64,000 nt of DNA from Malacoraja senta (Eukaryota). This document shows positions 1-13,019 of this stretch, piece after piece. The stretch's first letter is position 1, and each line of letters opens with the position of its first letter. The notes below the pieces were generated by a model. It had not been told where the DNA came from. It searched no databases and saw only the letters and a list, made by a program, of their open reading frames with translations. A program made the translations under genes and the position numbers. The DNA is taken from NCBI GenBank assembly GCA_038087875.1, contig JAXLNO010000110.1:1-64000 (forward strand), read 5' to 3'.

Positions 1-418
1 CCACACTCCCTCCCCCCCACACTCACACCCCACACTCTCCCTCCGCACTCTCCCCCCCCCACACTCCCTCCCCCCACACACTCCCCCCCACACTCCCTCC
101 CCCCCACACTCACACCCCCACACTCTCCCTCCGCACTCTCCCCCCCCACACACTCCCCCCCACACTCCCTCCCCCCCACACTTCCTCCCCCCCCACACTC
201 CCTCCCCTACGCTCCCCCCCAACACTACCTCCCCCCACACTCTCCCTCCCCACGCTCCCTCCCCCCCACACTCCCTCCGCTCCCACACTCCCTCCACCCA
301 CACCCTCCCCCCCCACACTCCCTCCGCTCCCACACTCCCTCCCCCCCACACCCTCCGCTCCCACACTCCCTCCCCCCACACACTCCCCTCCACACACTCC
401 GCCCCCTACCACACTCAT
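1..418. repeat. C-rich low-complexity tandem repeat (ccacactccctcccccc-like units)
   Basis: Degenerate ~17-20 bp units visible directly; the 110..418 ORF is a translation of this repeat. Confidence 0.9.
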
Positions 419-1555
419 TGAAGGCTGTAATACGAGGTAGGTTAATAGCTAGGGCATCACATATTAAAAAGGCCAGAATGAAAACATATAATGTTGATAT
501 TAGACATGAAGGATTTAGAACAGAAGTACAAAAATAATAAGGACCAGAGAACTTATAAACAAATGAAGATTTGAGGGGACAAATGGATGGAATATTGGGT
601 CAAGAGGTGGAGAAAAAAGCAAGATTTGTAAAACAGGCACATTATGAGCTAGACCCTAAATCCACTAAAATACTTGCCCGGAGGCTATGCAAACAACAGG
701 CTGACAACATCATACACATAATTAAGGCCCCCTGTACACAGAAATTGAAGAGTGATCCAAAAGAAATAGAACATATCTTCCAGGAATATTATAAAGAATG
801 ATATACACAAACCTCTACAGTAGATGGGGAATCAATGAGGACTTTATGTACAATAGATGTGCCCTGTATTGGAGAGACACAAAATAAAATAATCACGGCG
901 GAAATATCACTGGAGGAGATAGAGAAGACAATTGGTAGGATGAAAACAAACAAGGCCCCAGGCAGCGATGGTTTCCGTATAGAATGGTATAAAATATTTC
1001 TGAATGAGCTGAACCCACTTCTTCTGAGAACCTTTAACTGGATTATCAAAGAAGGCAAGACACCCCCGTCATGGAAAGAGGCAAATATAACATTAATCCC
1101 CAAAGAGAACGAAGACAAGGAAAATTGTACCAACTACAGACCGATATCAATTCTAAATGTGGACTATAAATTATATTCTTCAATTATCTTCAAATGATTT
1201 GAAAAGTTCATGCCAGATTTAATTGATGAAGACCAGACTGGTTTTATTTTTTATTTATTTTTTATTTTTTATTTTATTAGAAGTAAGTACAGTCATATGG
1301 CACCAAGGTGCCTAATATATATTGACGTTACATTTTATGTACAGCTTCTTATTTTTTTTTAAATAAAAAGAAAAAGAGAGAATAGATAATAAAAGATAGA
1401 AAAACGTGTGATATATAGTGTGTGAGAAGGAAAAAGGTGAAAGAAGAAAAGTGGAAAAAAGAAGATAGAAAGAGAAAGAGTAGAAAGTAAGAGATTAAGG
1501 AGATCATTATCTATATTCTTGACTATCCTTCACCCAGTCCTGAAACAGTTAGCTT

Positions 1556-4500
1556 CTACGATTCTGTTGCACCATATGCTTCCAAAAAGTCGACAAATGG
1601 AGACCAACTCGTTAAGAATTGGTCTGATTTATCTATTAGGAGGAATCGCATTTCCTCAAGATGTGCGGTGTCCAACATGTTTGAAATACACATTTTAAGC
1701 GTTGGTGTGGGTGTATTTTTCCAAAATTTAAGTATACGTTTTTTGCCGTTATTGACCCATAATTTAAAAATAAATTTTGAGATGAGTTCAATTTATTCCC
1801 ATCTTCCATTACTCCAAATATGATCATTTCAGTATTAGGTTCCATTTTTATCTTGAATAATTTTGTAAATATTTCAAAAATATCACTCCAGAATTTATAA
1901 AGTTTTATGCAGGAAACAAAAGAGTGTGTTATAGTTGCATTTTGGGATAAACATTTATCACAAATGGGGGACGTATTTGGATATAATTTATTCAATCTAG
2001 TTTTTGATTAATATAATCTATGTAAAATTTTTAATTGAATTAAATTGTCTTACATTAATCGAACTTTTGTGTATATATATCAAATACTTTTCCCATGTTT
2101 CCTTCGTGATTTTTTATCATTAATTCTCGTTCCCACTCTTCTCTAAGTGCCTCTGTCGATGGTAGGTCTATATTTAAAATACTATTATATAAATATGATA
2201 TTAATTTCTGTGAGTCAGCCTTAATATTCATTGCTTCTTCCAGTGGATCTAAAGTTATGTTTTGATATCTTTGTATGTATTTCTTCATGAAGTCGCAAAT
2301 CTGAAGATATTTAAAATATTGGTTATTTTTCAGTTTAAATTTTAATTGTAATTGTTGGAATGATAACAGATTTCCCTTTTCATACATATCACCGATCCTT
2401 TTAATTCCCATTCTTTCCCATTGATTATATGTTTTATCAATAAGAGATGGTTTAAATAAAGGATTATTCACTATTGGCATTAACAATGATAAGTTTCTTA
2501 ATTTTAAAGATAATTTTATTTGTTTCCAAATTCTTATTGTATCATGTATAATTGGGTTATTCTTATATATTGTGTTGTTCAGTTTTGTCGGGAGAATAGG
2601 ATCGCTCATATGTTACAAGGAGAACAATCCTCTTTCTCCATTCTTATCCATTCTGTCTGTTGGATAGAACTGTCCAACCAGTAAATTATATTCTTAATAT
2701 GCACTGCCCAATAGTAATACCAAAAGTTCGGAAGTGAAAGTCCCCCAACGTCTTTTGGTTTACACGTGTTTTCTTTGAATTCTGTGTGATCTATAGTCCC
2801 AAATAAAATTGGCAATATTAGAGTCTAGTTTAAAAGAAATGTTTTTGGGTATATATAATGGTATAGTTTGAAATAGGTATAATAATTATGGTAAAAAGAT
2901 CATTTTTATAGCGTTTATTCTACCTATTAATGATAATGGAAGGGTTTTCCAGAATTTAATCAACGCGTTGAGTTTATTTAATAAAGGCATAAAATTAGCA
3001 TTAAATAATGCTTTATATTTTCTAGTAATTTGAATACACAAATACTTAAATTTTTCTGTTGCGATTTTAAAGGGGAATTTTAATAGGTGTGTAGATTCTT
3101 GAGGTTTTAACGTCATGATTTCACTTTTATTCCAATTTATTCTATATCCAGAAAAGGAACCAAATTCCTCTATTAAATTTAATAAGTTTGGTATGCTCGT
3201 TTGTGAATTTGTAATGTATAAAAGTATATCGTCTGCATATAATGAAATTTTATTATTTGAGTCCCTAGTATTATATCCCTGAATATTCGGATGAATTCTT
3301 ATACTTTCAGCCAGGGGCTCTATCATAAGGCCAAATAGCAGAGGTGATAAAGCACATCCCTGCCTATTGCCCCTTAATAACTGAAATTTTGGAGATAACA
3401 TATTATTGGTTAATATTCTTGCCGTCCGTTTATCATATAATAATTTTACCCATACAATAAAATTCTCTCCCATATTAAATTTTTGCAGTACTTTATATAA
3501 ATACTGCCACTCTACCTGATCAAATGCTTTCTCTGCATCCAGAGAAACAATTGATATATCTTCTTCCTCCGTTTTATGTGAGTACATTATATTAAACAGG
3601 CCTCAAATTATTAAATTAATGTCTTTTGGGTATAAACCCCGTTTGATCAGGATTTATCAATTTACTAATGTATTTACTTCTTGCTAAGGTCTTTGCTAAA
3701 ATTTTCTGATCTGTATTTAAAAGTGATATAGCTCTTTATGAGCCCGGTTCATCTAGATCTTTATCTTTTTTTGGTATAAGCGTATAGTTGATTCAGCTAA
3801 TGTTTCTGGTAGTTTGTTTTCTTTAAAGGCGTGAGTATATAAATTAAGTAAGCTTGGAGCCGTTATCTCGTGAAATCCTTTATAAAATTCGTTACTAAAA
3901 CCATCTGGTCCAGGCATCTTACCATTTTTCAACGCTTTTATTGTTTCACCTATTTCTTCAAGTGTAATCTGAGCTCCTAATTCCTCTTGTTCCGAAAGAT
4001 CAAGTTTGGAAGATTACAGTTATCTAAATTTTTTAAATTTTACTATATTCTATGTTACTTTTAGATGTATATAAATTTTGATAAAATAGAGTAAATCTAT
4101 TGTTAATATCCTTAGGTAATATTAGTAATTCACCTTTCTCTGATTTAATTTTAGTGATAGTGTTTTCCTTTTCATGTTTTTTCAATTGACGAGCTAAGAG
4201 TTTATGTGGCTTGTCACCAAATTCAAAATGTTCTTGTTTTGTAATTTGGAATAATCTTATTACTCTTGCCGATAAAATTCGATTAAGTTTAAATTTCAGT
4301 AGTATTATCTTATTATGTTTATCTGTAGTTGGATCTTTGGCATTATCTAACTCTAATTGTCTAATTTCTTGTTCTAGCATCAGTTGTTCTGTCTTATTCT
4401 TTTTACTTTGAAAAATTTGATATGAGATTATAACTCCTCTGATAAATGCCTTGAAAGTTTCCCATAATAAAGAAGGTGAAATACCTGGTGTTTCATTTGT

Positions 4501-5385
4501 CTCAAAAAAAAATTTCATTTGTTGTTTTAAATATTTATAACCTTGTGGGTCGTTTAGAATTTGTGTGTTAAACCTCAAAAAATATATTTTACTCGGCATT
4601 CCCTCAAATTTTAATAGAAATGTCAACGGAGAATGATCGGAAATAATACTGGTGTGATATGAAGGATTAATTGTATATGGAATTAATTTTATATCCACTA
4701 AAAAATAATCGATTCGTGAATAAGTTTTATGTACCGATGAGTAAAACGAATATTCCCTTCCAGTTGGATTAGCAGTTCTCCATACGTCTGTTATATTAGT
4801 ATTTTTTATATATGTATTTAGAAGTTCACTAGTCTTAGATTTTAAATTACCCCTCCTTTGTTTTACTGATTTGTCTAAATATGGATCTAAAATGCAGTTG
4901 AAGTCCCCCCCTATTATTACATTTTGGTAATTAAACTCTGATATATCTATAATTTTATTTAAAAATTGGGGGTTGTCAAAATTCGGAGCGTAAATATTTA
5001 TCATAGTCAGTGGGGTTGAATAAATTTCTCCCGAAACTATAATATACCTTCCCTCATTATCTGAAATAGTATTCTTTAATTTAAATGGTATACCTTTCCG
5101 AATAATAATAGCCTCTAGATTTAGAAGTAAATGAAGAATAATATGTTAATAATAACCTCTAGATTTAGAAGGAAATGAAGAATAATATGTTTGACCTTTC
5201 CAATTTGCCTTCAATCTCATCTGTGTTTGTTGTTTCATGTGTGTTTCCTGCAAAAACATTATGTCACAATTCAAAGATTTTAATTGGGCAAACATTTTAC
5301 CCCTCTTAATTGGTTCATTGGCACCCCTTATATTCCAACTACAGAATGTAATTCCTCCATTCTTTATTTGTCTATCATCTTGCAT
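1556..5385 (-). pseudogene. L1 ORF2p (APE endonuclease, reverse transcriptase, Cys-rich C-terminus), disrupted
   Basis: Motifs SWNIRG, FLQETH, NIYAPN, GGDFN, YSRIDYF, SDHSP, SLDAEKAFD, RQGCALSP, YADD, CDKC..H. A 44-bp tandem duplication (5104-5147/5148-5191) and other frameshifts break the frame. Stop codon at 1556-1558. Confidence 0.92.
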
Positions 5386-6502
5386 TATATATCAATTTAG
5401 TGTTTTTGACATATGGTGCAACCAAATACCTCAGAACTCTGGGTGCTGGGTGGTCGTCCCGAACTTTTAAATTTATGTTACATCTCCTTCCTGTATAATA
5501 CCTTAAAAAAAAAGAAAAAATGTGATGTGAAATTAGTTACAAAAAAATTAAACAAATAGAAATCTTTATAGTGATTTTTTTTTAAAAGGGATGTTAAGGT
5601 ATCTAAGAGACGATACCTTAAAAACAAGTAGCCACCTAAGGTGGCGAAAAATTTATGGATTTCCGTTGATGTTGTTGTACATTGAGCTCCATCCCCTTAA
5701 CAGAGTCTCGTGAAATGCTGCGGACCGTTTCATATGTTTTTTAAAAATAAATTTATCAAACCAGAGCCAGTAAAAACAGAAAGAATTCAGAAAAAGAAGT
5801 AAAAAATAAAAAAACAAAAATAAAACACAACGTATGTTCAGTTCTTTAAGTATATATGCCTTTCCAATTTATCTAACATTAATCTAGTCTAAACTTTACC
5901 ATATATATCCACCCAAAGTTATTACATTATATCCCATTCTTTAACTTTAATATAAGCAGGTTCCAAGGGGTTAAACAAAGCCACGCATCTGGATCTTTTC
6001 CAAGTGTATGCTGCTCCTGCCTCCTTCACACACAATATTAGTTTGTTAGTATTATTATGAACATTTTAGTTAATTAATATCATCAATATTAGATCATTTC
6101 CCTTAACTATTTTAAATTTATGAAATCAAAATGATGTACACTCCCATTATCTCCTTCCCCGCTCCATGGGTTATTCATATTTGCAACTTACATTAACAGA
6201 TAATTAATATTATTAAATTTGTTAGATTAATTGATTATTTATTATTAAAATATAGTAATTAAAGATTTTCTTAAATCAACAAATTTTTATATTCCAGTCA
6301 ATAATGTCTCATTCCATGTCCCTTATTAATTCCCTCATTAATTCTGTATCTTCAACGTCCTTTTATTTATCTTTAAGTTTTTCATTCAAGGTGAAACATG
6401 GACTGTACTCTCGAAAACACATTCCAGACAGATAAGCATATCTGGTAACTGTCTGGAAAAGTTCCGCCATCATAATTCGAGCAAAATCTTGTATTAAAAA
6501 GT

Positions 6503-7530
6503 TCAATCTTCATCCTTGTCGTCATCTTCACCCACTGTTTTCTTTACGATATCCTGTGCGTACTTAAAAGCCTTTTCGGGATCCGTGAATGAGCGTTCAG
6601 TGTCCTTATAAGTAATCTTCATTTTTGCTGGGTAGACCACCCCATATCTCACTTCGGGTATTCCTTTCAGAATATTTCTTGTCTGTGTAAACAAGATCCT
6701 TTTTTGGACGACTTCAAGGGGATAATCATGGAAGAATCTAATATTATCCCGAAAATATGTAAGATTCTCCCCATGGGTAATCTTATTCAATATATTTTCC
6801 AGTGAAGAGATGTCGAGGAATTTCACAATTATCTGTCTTGGAGGAGCACTTATCCCTTTTGGAACACGACATCTATTCTTGGGTATTCCAGCAGTTTAAA
6901 AACATCTTTAAGTAAGTCAGCAACGAAAGTACGTTTTTGAGATCCACGCCCCTCTCGTCCTTCCTTTACTCCAACAATTCTTAAATTCTGCCTTCTCGAT
7001 CTCGCCTCCAAGTCCAAACATTTATCAGTCATTCTCATGGGTTGCTCCCCCTCAGATATTTGTGCTTTTTTCAGACAAGTTATTTCCAAAGCCATCTCTT
7101 TCATTTCAGTCTCCATTTCTTCCATCAGCTTATCAGACTTTTTCATGTTCTCATACAACTTATTAAATTTCTTATTATAATCTTTTTCCATTTTGGCACA
7201 TTCTCCCGTTAATTTTTTATCAAGCTCCTTATACTGCTTCTTCAGCTCCTTTAACTCAGCACAAGCAGAGTCAATTTTTTTAGAAAGATTAGTCTCCATA
7301 CTCTCCATTTTCTCCAGTGTAGTATTTATTGTAGCATTCATGTCTGCTAGCATTTGCTTCATCTCCTTCTCCTTTATATCTCCTTTTGCAGCCATTTCAG
7401 AAACAGATCCTTGGAAGTAAAACTCTTCTTCTGAGCTTTCTGCTGTTGTTTGCAGAGTTTCCAAAACTTCCTGAAGATGGAGATTGATAGTAGCTTTCTT
7501 AGGTGCTCGTGAGCGTTTCCCTTTGCTCAA
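6503..7530 (-). pseudogene. L1 ORF1p (coiled coil + RRM + C-terminal domain), frameshifted near 6850
   Basis: Heptad-rich region followed by LEARSRRQNLRIVGVKEGREG and IRFFHDYPLEVVQKR...YPAKMKITY, typical of L1 ORF1p. The first codon reads TTG. Confidence 0.85.
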
Positions 7531-7713
7531 TTAAAACTCTCGTTAAACTCCCGATTTTTCGCGTCGATTTCTGATGACGTCACTTACGCGACGCCAGGCA
7601 GCTCCGGTGAGTTTTTAAAAATCGGTCCTGTCTCTCAAAATGGCTTTTTCACGATTTTAACGGGAGAGGAGCTGAATGCTGCGCCCTTACAGCTCCATGG
7701 CGCCACCGGAAGT
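7531..7713 (-). promoter_or_regulatory. Putative internal promoter / 5' UTR of the full-length L1
   Basis: CpG-rich ~180 bp with ETS-type CCGGAAGT (7706-7713), YY1-like CGCCATGG and a perfect CRE TGACGTCA (7575-7582). Function is inferred. Confidence 0.55.
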
Positions 7714-8653
7714 CCAGACTGCTTTTATAATAGGCAGACAAACACAGGACAGTATTAGAAGAACACTACAAACAATATGCAAGATTCAAAAGGAAGGTAC
7801 GTGTGCTGTCCTGATAAGTCTAGATGCGGAAAAGGCTTTCGATAGGGTTAATTGGGAATTCTTATATCAAACACTAGAAAGATTTGGCTTTACCGAAGAT
7901 TCAATTCAAGTTATTAAAGCAATTTACCAGCAACCTACTGCAAGAGTAAAGATGAATGGATCCTTAACTGAGAGATTTGTGTTAGGAAGAGGAATGAGAC
8001 AGGGATGTTGTCTTAGTCCTACCCTGTTTGCTATATATATTGAACCATTGGCTCGAACGATTCGTCAAGATAGGGAACTGAGGGGAGTAACTATAAGAGA
8101 TAGAGAACATAAAATTGGCCTCTTTGCAGATGACGTAATGATGTATCTCACCGAAGTAAACACCTCTTTTCCAAGGATGATGGGGATCATAGAGAAATTT
8201 AATTTTTATGCAGGATATAAAGTGAATATTTAAAAAACTCAAACCCTCCTATTTAATTGTGGTCCTCCAGAAGAAATCAAGCAAAAATATAATATTAAAT
8301 GGGATTCAAAATCAATCAACTATTACGGGGTATATATAACAAAAAATATATCAATGTTGTTATGGGGCCAATTATAATCACATCAACCAAAACATAAGAA
8401 AGGATATAGAAAGATGGACCACCTACCCAATGGATTTTAGTAGTAAGATAAATGTGGTGAAAATGAATATTTTGCCAAGGCTATTGTACTCGTTTCAATC
8501 TCTGCCAATAGAGGTACCATTAAAACAATTCACGGAATGGGATAAATTAATATCTAGATTTATTTGGGGAGGAAAGAAGGCCAGAGTACGATACACTACA
8601 CTCCACTTGCCAAAGAACAAAGGTGCAATGGCACTTCCAAATTTTAGGATATA

Positions 8654-10017
8654 CTAGACGTAGCGGGACCCATTGGGATCATACGGGCGGGCTGGTCACC
8701 CAACGCAATATTCCACCTCTACCAATTCCAATATTGCTGGCCAGTGGGGGGGGGGGGGCTTTCTGTAGCGCTAGTTTGTACTATTTGTTATTTGTTGATC
8801 ACACACACCCTCCACCTCACACACAGACTCTCACACACACAGACTCTCACAGACACGCACCTATAGACACACACACACACACACACTCACCTATACTCTC
8901 TCACACACACACACACACACTCACCTATACTCCCACACACACACACAGACTCTCACACAGACACACATACACACACAGACACTCACACACAGACACACAT
9001 ACACTCACGTACACACACACACACACACACACTGTCACACACACACAGATACTCACTCTCACACACACACACACACAGCACCAATACTAAAATGCCAAGT
9101 AACTTCAGAACGTGGTAACCATACTGAATCCTGTTACTAACCATATACTCTATGTAAGAAGTATGACGCACTCACTGCCACCTCTCCACTAAGCGGAAAT
9201 GACGCACTCAGCGCCACCTATCCACTAAGCGGAACTCACGGAATGAGCGGCAATTTTGCATTAAACACAATCCTGATCTAATAAAACATTTATTCACGGT
9301 TTTTCCTTCCAAAATCTGTTGCACACTTTTCAATAAGGCACAGTTAAAAGGTGCATTTCAAAACAAACCTGTTGCATTTGGCAAGGCAACATTAATTAGG
9401 CAAGGCAACTTTAATTTGGCAAGGCAACTTTAATTTGGCAAGGCAACTTTAATTTGGCAAGGCAACTTTAATTTGGCAAGGTAACTTTAATTAGGCAAGG
9501 CAACTTTAATTAGGCAAGACAACTTTAGCATATTCAAACCAACTTTTCAATTAGGCAAGGCAACTTTAGCATTCTCAAACCAAAGGCAACTTTTGCATTT
9601 TCAAACCAAAAAACACTTTTAGCAAACATTTTCAAACCAAAAAACACTTCTGCATTATCAAACCACATTAAGGGCACTGACAGTTTTAGTAGACATGTGT
9701 TCAGTGTTATTCACAGCTCAGACTGAGAGATGTGACCCTCTCGCCCCCCCCCCCCCCCCCATCTTGCAGAGACTGAATGAGGCACTCAACAAAGTCCCTC
9801 CGGAAGGGGTGTGGCCTTCAGGAGAGAGAATCTCAAGATTTAAAAAACATTAATAAGTCTTTTATTTTTCATCGATGGGAAAAATCCTCTTGTCCTGCGC
9901 AGCGGAGGGGGACTCTGAGTAAGATAGCCAAAAACAGCCGTAAGTGGCAGCGTTTTTTCTAAAATCAATATACAGTGCAACAGGAAGTGGTCATGATGAG
10001 ACTTTTAGTAATATAGA
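8654..10017 (-). mobile_element. Non-autonomous Helitron, copy 1
   Basis: On the minus strand it starts TCTATATTACTAAAAG and ends with a GGGACCC-type hairpin then CTAG. Inserted between A8653 and T10018 with no TSD; removing it restores the host L1 frame PNFRIY-FYVAQLR. Confidence 0.88.
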
Positions 10018-11136
10018 TTTCTATGTAGCCCAACTTCGACCACTAATTAATTGGTGTGAGGCCAGCTATATAGCTAGGTGGAAAGAGATTGAGACATATA
10101 CCCCTGACTTCCACATCCATACACTCTTGGGAGAAAAAGCGCTTCCTGGACATATCAGGAGTAGAATCGATCCAATAACGATATTTACTTTAGAAACCTG
10201 GTACACTCTTACCAGACAACTTAAACTGAATAAAGTACAAAAAGTATTAAGATGGATAGCTTTGGATAGTGAATTTAAACCAGGGGTGTATGACTCAACA
10301 TTTAAAAAGTGGATGAAAAAAGGAATGACTGCATTTTGTACTCTTACTGTAAATGGAGACCTAAGAAGTTTTCAAGATTTGAAGGATAGATTTACACTTC
10401 GGAACCAAGACTTGTTTAGATACCTCTAACTGAGAAATTATTACAATAAAAATGTGAAAAGGGAGGCATTAGAAGAAAAGAATCCAGTGGTAGAAGTGAT
10501 AGTTAATGCGTATCATCAAAAATCATCAAGGGTTATTTCTAAACTTTAATGGAATGTCAAGCTAAAACTACATGTTATGTAAAATTTAAGTGGGAAAAGG
10601 AATTGAACGTCACAAACTCAGAAGAAGAATGGCATCATATGTGTGTAACACTACAGACATCCACTAATTCACAAAAGTGGAGATAATTTAATTGGAAAAA
10701 TTTGATGCGTTTCTTTATTACGCCTAACATAAAAAGCAAGCAAATTCTAAGGCAGCAAACAGGCTGGAGGCAATGTGGCCAAACAGATGCAAATCATGTA
10801 CATATCTTCTGGAGTTGCCCAAAAATAGAACCATTTTGGGACAGAGTGAATTCAGTATTAAAGGAGGTATTAGGATATATAGTCTCCAAGAAGTGTTCCA
10901 TTTTATACCTGGGTAATATAACTACAGTGGTTCTGAAGGAAGATCAAATCCTATTTGGTTAAATGGTTAAAATCCTATTCACAGCCGACAGAAAGGCCAT
11001 TACAAGAAACTGGCTTGCAGCGGACACACCCAGACTTAAACAATGGTTAAACATAGTACAGGAAATATTTGTGATGGAGAAAATTACATATTGTCTAAGA
11101 ATGAAAGAAGACGATTTTAACAGAAAATGGGGAAAT

Positions 11137-11446
11137 GGGCCTGTCCCACGATGCGAGTTTAACCAAGAGCTCTCCTGAGTTAAAAAAAAAATTAAAAAAA
11201 ACTCGTGGTACTTCATCACAAGTTTTTTTAAACTATTGGAAATTTTTCACAATGTTGAAAAAACTTCATGAGTTTCACGAGCTTACCGCGTTTCCCGAGT
11301 ACCTGCCGTTAGCGTTACAAGCCGCTACGAGACGTCCACGAGTTCCGACGTACCCGCTACATAGATTCTACGGACTTACCATGAGTTTTATTTATTTTTT
11401 TAAGCGGGAGAGCTCTTGGGTAAACGCATATCGTGGGACAGGGCCT
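11137..11446. mobile_element. MITE, PIF/Harbinger-like
   Basis: ~40-bp imperfect TIRs (GGGCCTGTCCCACGATGCGAGTTTAACCAAGAGCTCTCC), TAA on the right flank, and the same terminal motif as the MITE at 46313. Confidence 0.75.
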
Positions 11447-11531
11447 TAAGGTATAGAAATAAAGACATCAACACTGAATAATGTTATTGACAATAATGTA
11501 AGTTATTGGAAAATGTTTTAATAAAGGACAA

Positions 11532-12730
11532 AGGGGATTTATTGTCACATACACCATTTCTGGTGTAGTGAAATTTGAGTTAATAATAATGATAATGATG
11601 GATGGGATTTATGTAGCGCCTTTCTAATACTCAAGGCGCTTTACATCGCATTATTCATTCACTCCTCAGTCACACTCGGTGGTGGTGAGCTACTTCTGTA
11701 GCCACAGCTGCCCTGGGGCAGACTGACGGAAGTGTGGCTGCTAATTTGCGCCTACGGCCCCTCCGACCACCACCAATCACTCACACACATTCACACGCAG
11801 GCAAAGGTGGGTGAAGTGTCTTGCCCAAGGACACAACGACAGTATGCACTCCAAGCGGGATTCGAACCGGCTACCTTCCAGTTGCCAGCCGAACACTTAG
11901 CCCATTGCGCCATCTGTCGTCCTAAATTTGCCATTTGCAGCACACCAATAAAAGTAAGACACCACATTAAAGAAGAATTTTAACATAAAACATAAAAACA
12001 TTCCCCCACAATGGTTCCCACTGTGAGGGAAGGCAACAAAGTCCAGTCCGCTTCCGCTTGTTCACCCCATAGTCGGGGCCTATTTGAGGCCTCCGCTGTT
12101 GCCACAATGGCGTCCCGATGTTTCAGGCCCTCTCACCGGATGATGGAGCTCCGGCGTCGGGAGAACACTCTTCAGTGGCTTGGAGTGTCTGGAACGGCCG
12201 CTTGCTGCCAGAGACTGCGGCTCCCGAAGTCCACAGGCCGCGCTGGTCAGAGCTCCGACACCGGCGATCTAGGCGAGAGATCCCAGGCTCCGCGGTGCCC
12301 AAACGTCAGCGCTACCGCGGCTGGATGCTCCGCGACCACAGCTCCGCGATGTTGGAGTCGGCGATCTCAGCACTCCGGAGCTTACCACACGATGACCCGG
12401 GTAAGGCATCGCCCGCTTCGCGATGGTGCTTCAGCGCTGCGCCGCCACCGAAGCTGAAGTTCTGGCCGGTCCCGGCAGGAAACGCCGCTCCAATCCCGTT
12501 GGTAGGCGGCGAGGAAGGGGCGAAGATGCGGCTCGGAGGAAAGCCGCAACTCCGAACAGGTAGGTGCTGAGAAATACAGTTTCTCCCTTCTCCCTCCCCC
12601 CCACCCCCACCCCCCACATAAAAAAGATTAGACCTCCAAAACGAAACTTTTTAACATATTAAAAATTTTTTAAAAGTGTGAAAGGACGGACAGCTGCAGG
12701 CTGGGCAGCCATACTCGACGGCACCCCCAC
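11532..12730 (-). mobile_element. Non-autonomous retroposon with GC/CpG-rich body and Rex1-like 3' tail, interrupted by a SINE
   Basis: The minus-strand tail GTGACAATAAA resembles the Rex1 ends in this window (ATGACAATAAA at ~18694). No coding motifs. Boundaries are approximate. Confidence 0.45.
11581..11921 (-). mobile_element. tRNA-derived CORE-type SINE with (ATT)n tail
   Basis: Minus-strand B box GGTTCGAATCCC (~11857-11868), CORE-like TCCTTGGGCAAGACACTTCACC, L2-like 3' end and a short-repeat tail. Confidence 0.8.
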
Positions 12731-13019
12731 TAGCGTGAATAAGAAAATAGTTCTGTATACTGCATCATTAATTGTAAACTGAACCCCCCCACTGCACAGT
12801 TGTACGCTTCGCTGCATTGTTGTATGTTTTGTTATATTTGTGTATGCATAAAAGCAATAAAGACTAAAGTGGGAAAAAAAGAAAACAAGGCATCAAAGGG
12901 GACATAGATCAAGGAAAATGCAGAATGTATGAATATTGACTGTAATCCTTGCTTTCCCTCTCTCCATCCATCTCCTATCCCAGTTCGCTGACCAGTCTGA
13001 CTGTCCTGATTAAATTTTA

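Larger units (their letters stand above)
1248..7713 (-). mobile_element. Full-length (~6.5 kb) L1-clade LINE, inactivated
   Basis: 5' end ACTTCCGGTGGCGCCATGG, then ORF1, ORF2 and an A-rich tail at 1248-1277. TSD ccagactggttttat (1233-1247) / ccagactgcttttat (7714-7728), 14/15 match. Confidence 0.95.
419..12885 (+). mobile_element. Degraded 5'-truncated L1-clade LINE (host element), split by nested insertions into ~419-1247, 7714-8653, 10018-11136, 11447-11530 and 12731-12885
   Basis: Collinear ORF2 fragments: KAPGSDG...[13 protein letters not shown] (835-1197), SLDAEKAFDRV, RQGCCLSP, FADD (7676-8233), LPNFRIY|FYVAQL, and a C-terminal C..C..H..WSC knuckle (10702-10962). AATAAA and an A-rich tail lie at ~12856-12885. 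Contains many stops and frameshifts. Confidence 0.85.

Noticed and set aside
8623..9171. His/Thr-rich and Cys/Val-rich ORFs (also 14729-15184)
   Set aside because: Translations of CA-rich microsatellites inside Helitrons.
11850..11921. Possible tRNA gene (also SINE heads at ~21660-21731 and 36860-36933)
   Set aside because: A/B-box-like heads are fused to SINE bodies and do not form a full cloverleaf.
12011..12619. GC-rich overlapping ORFs / CpG island as a host gene promoter
   Set aside because: Lies within an insertion in the L1 3' UTR; the ORFs reflect high GC content and have no motifs.
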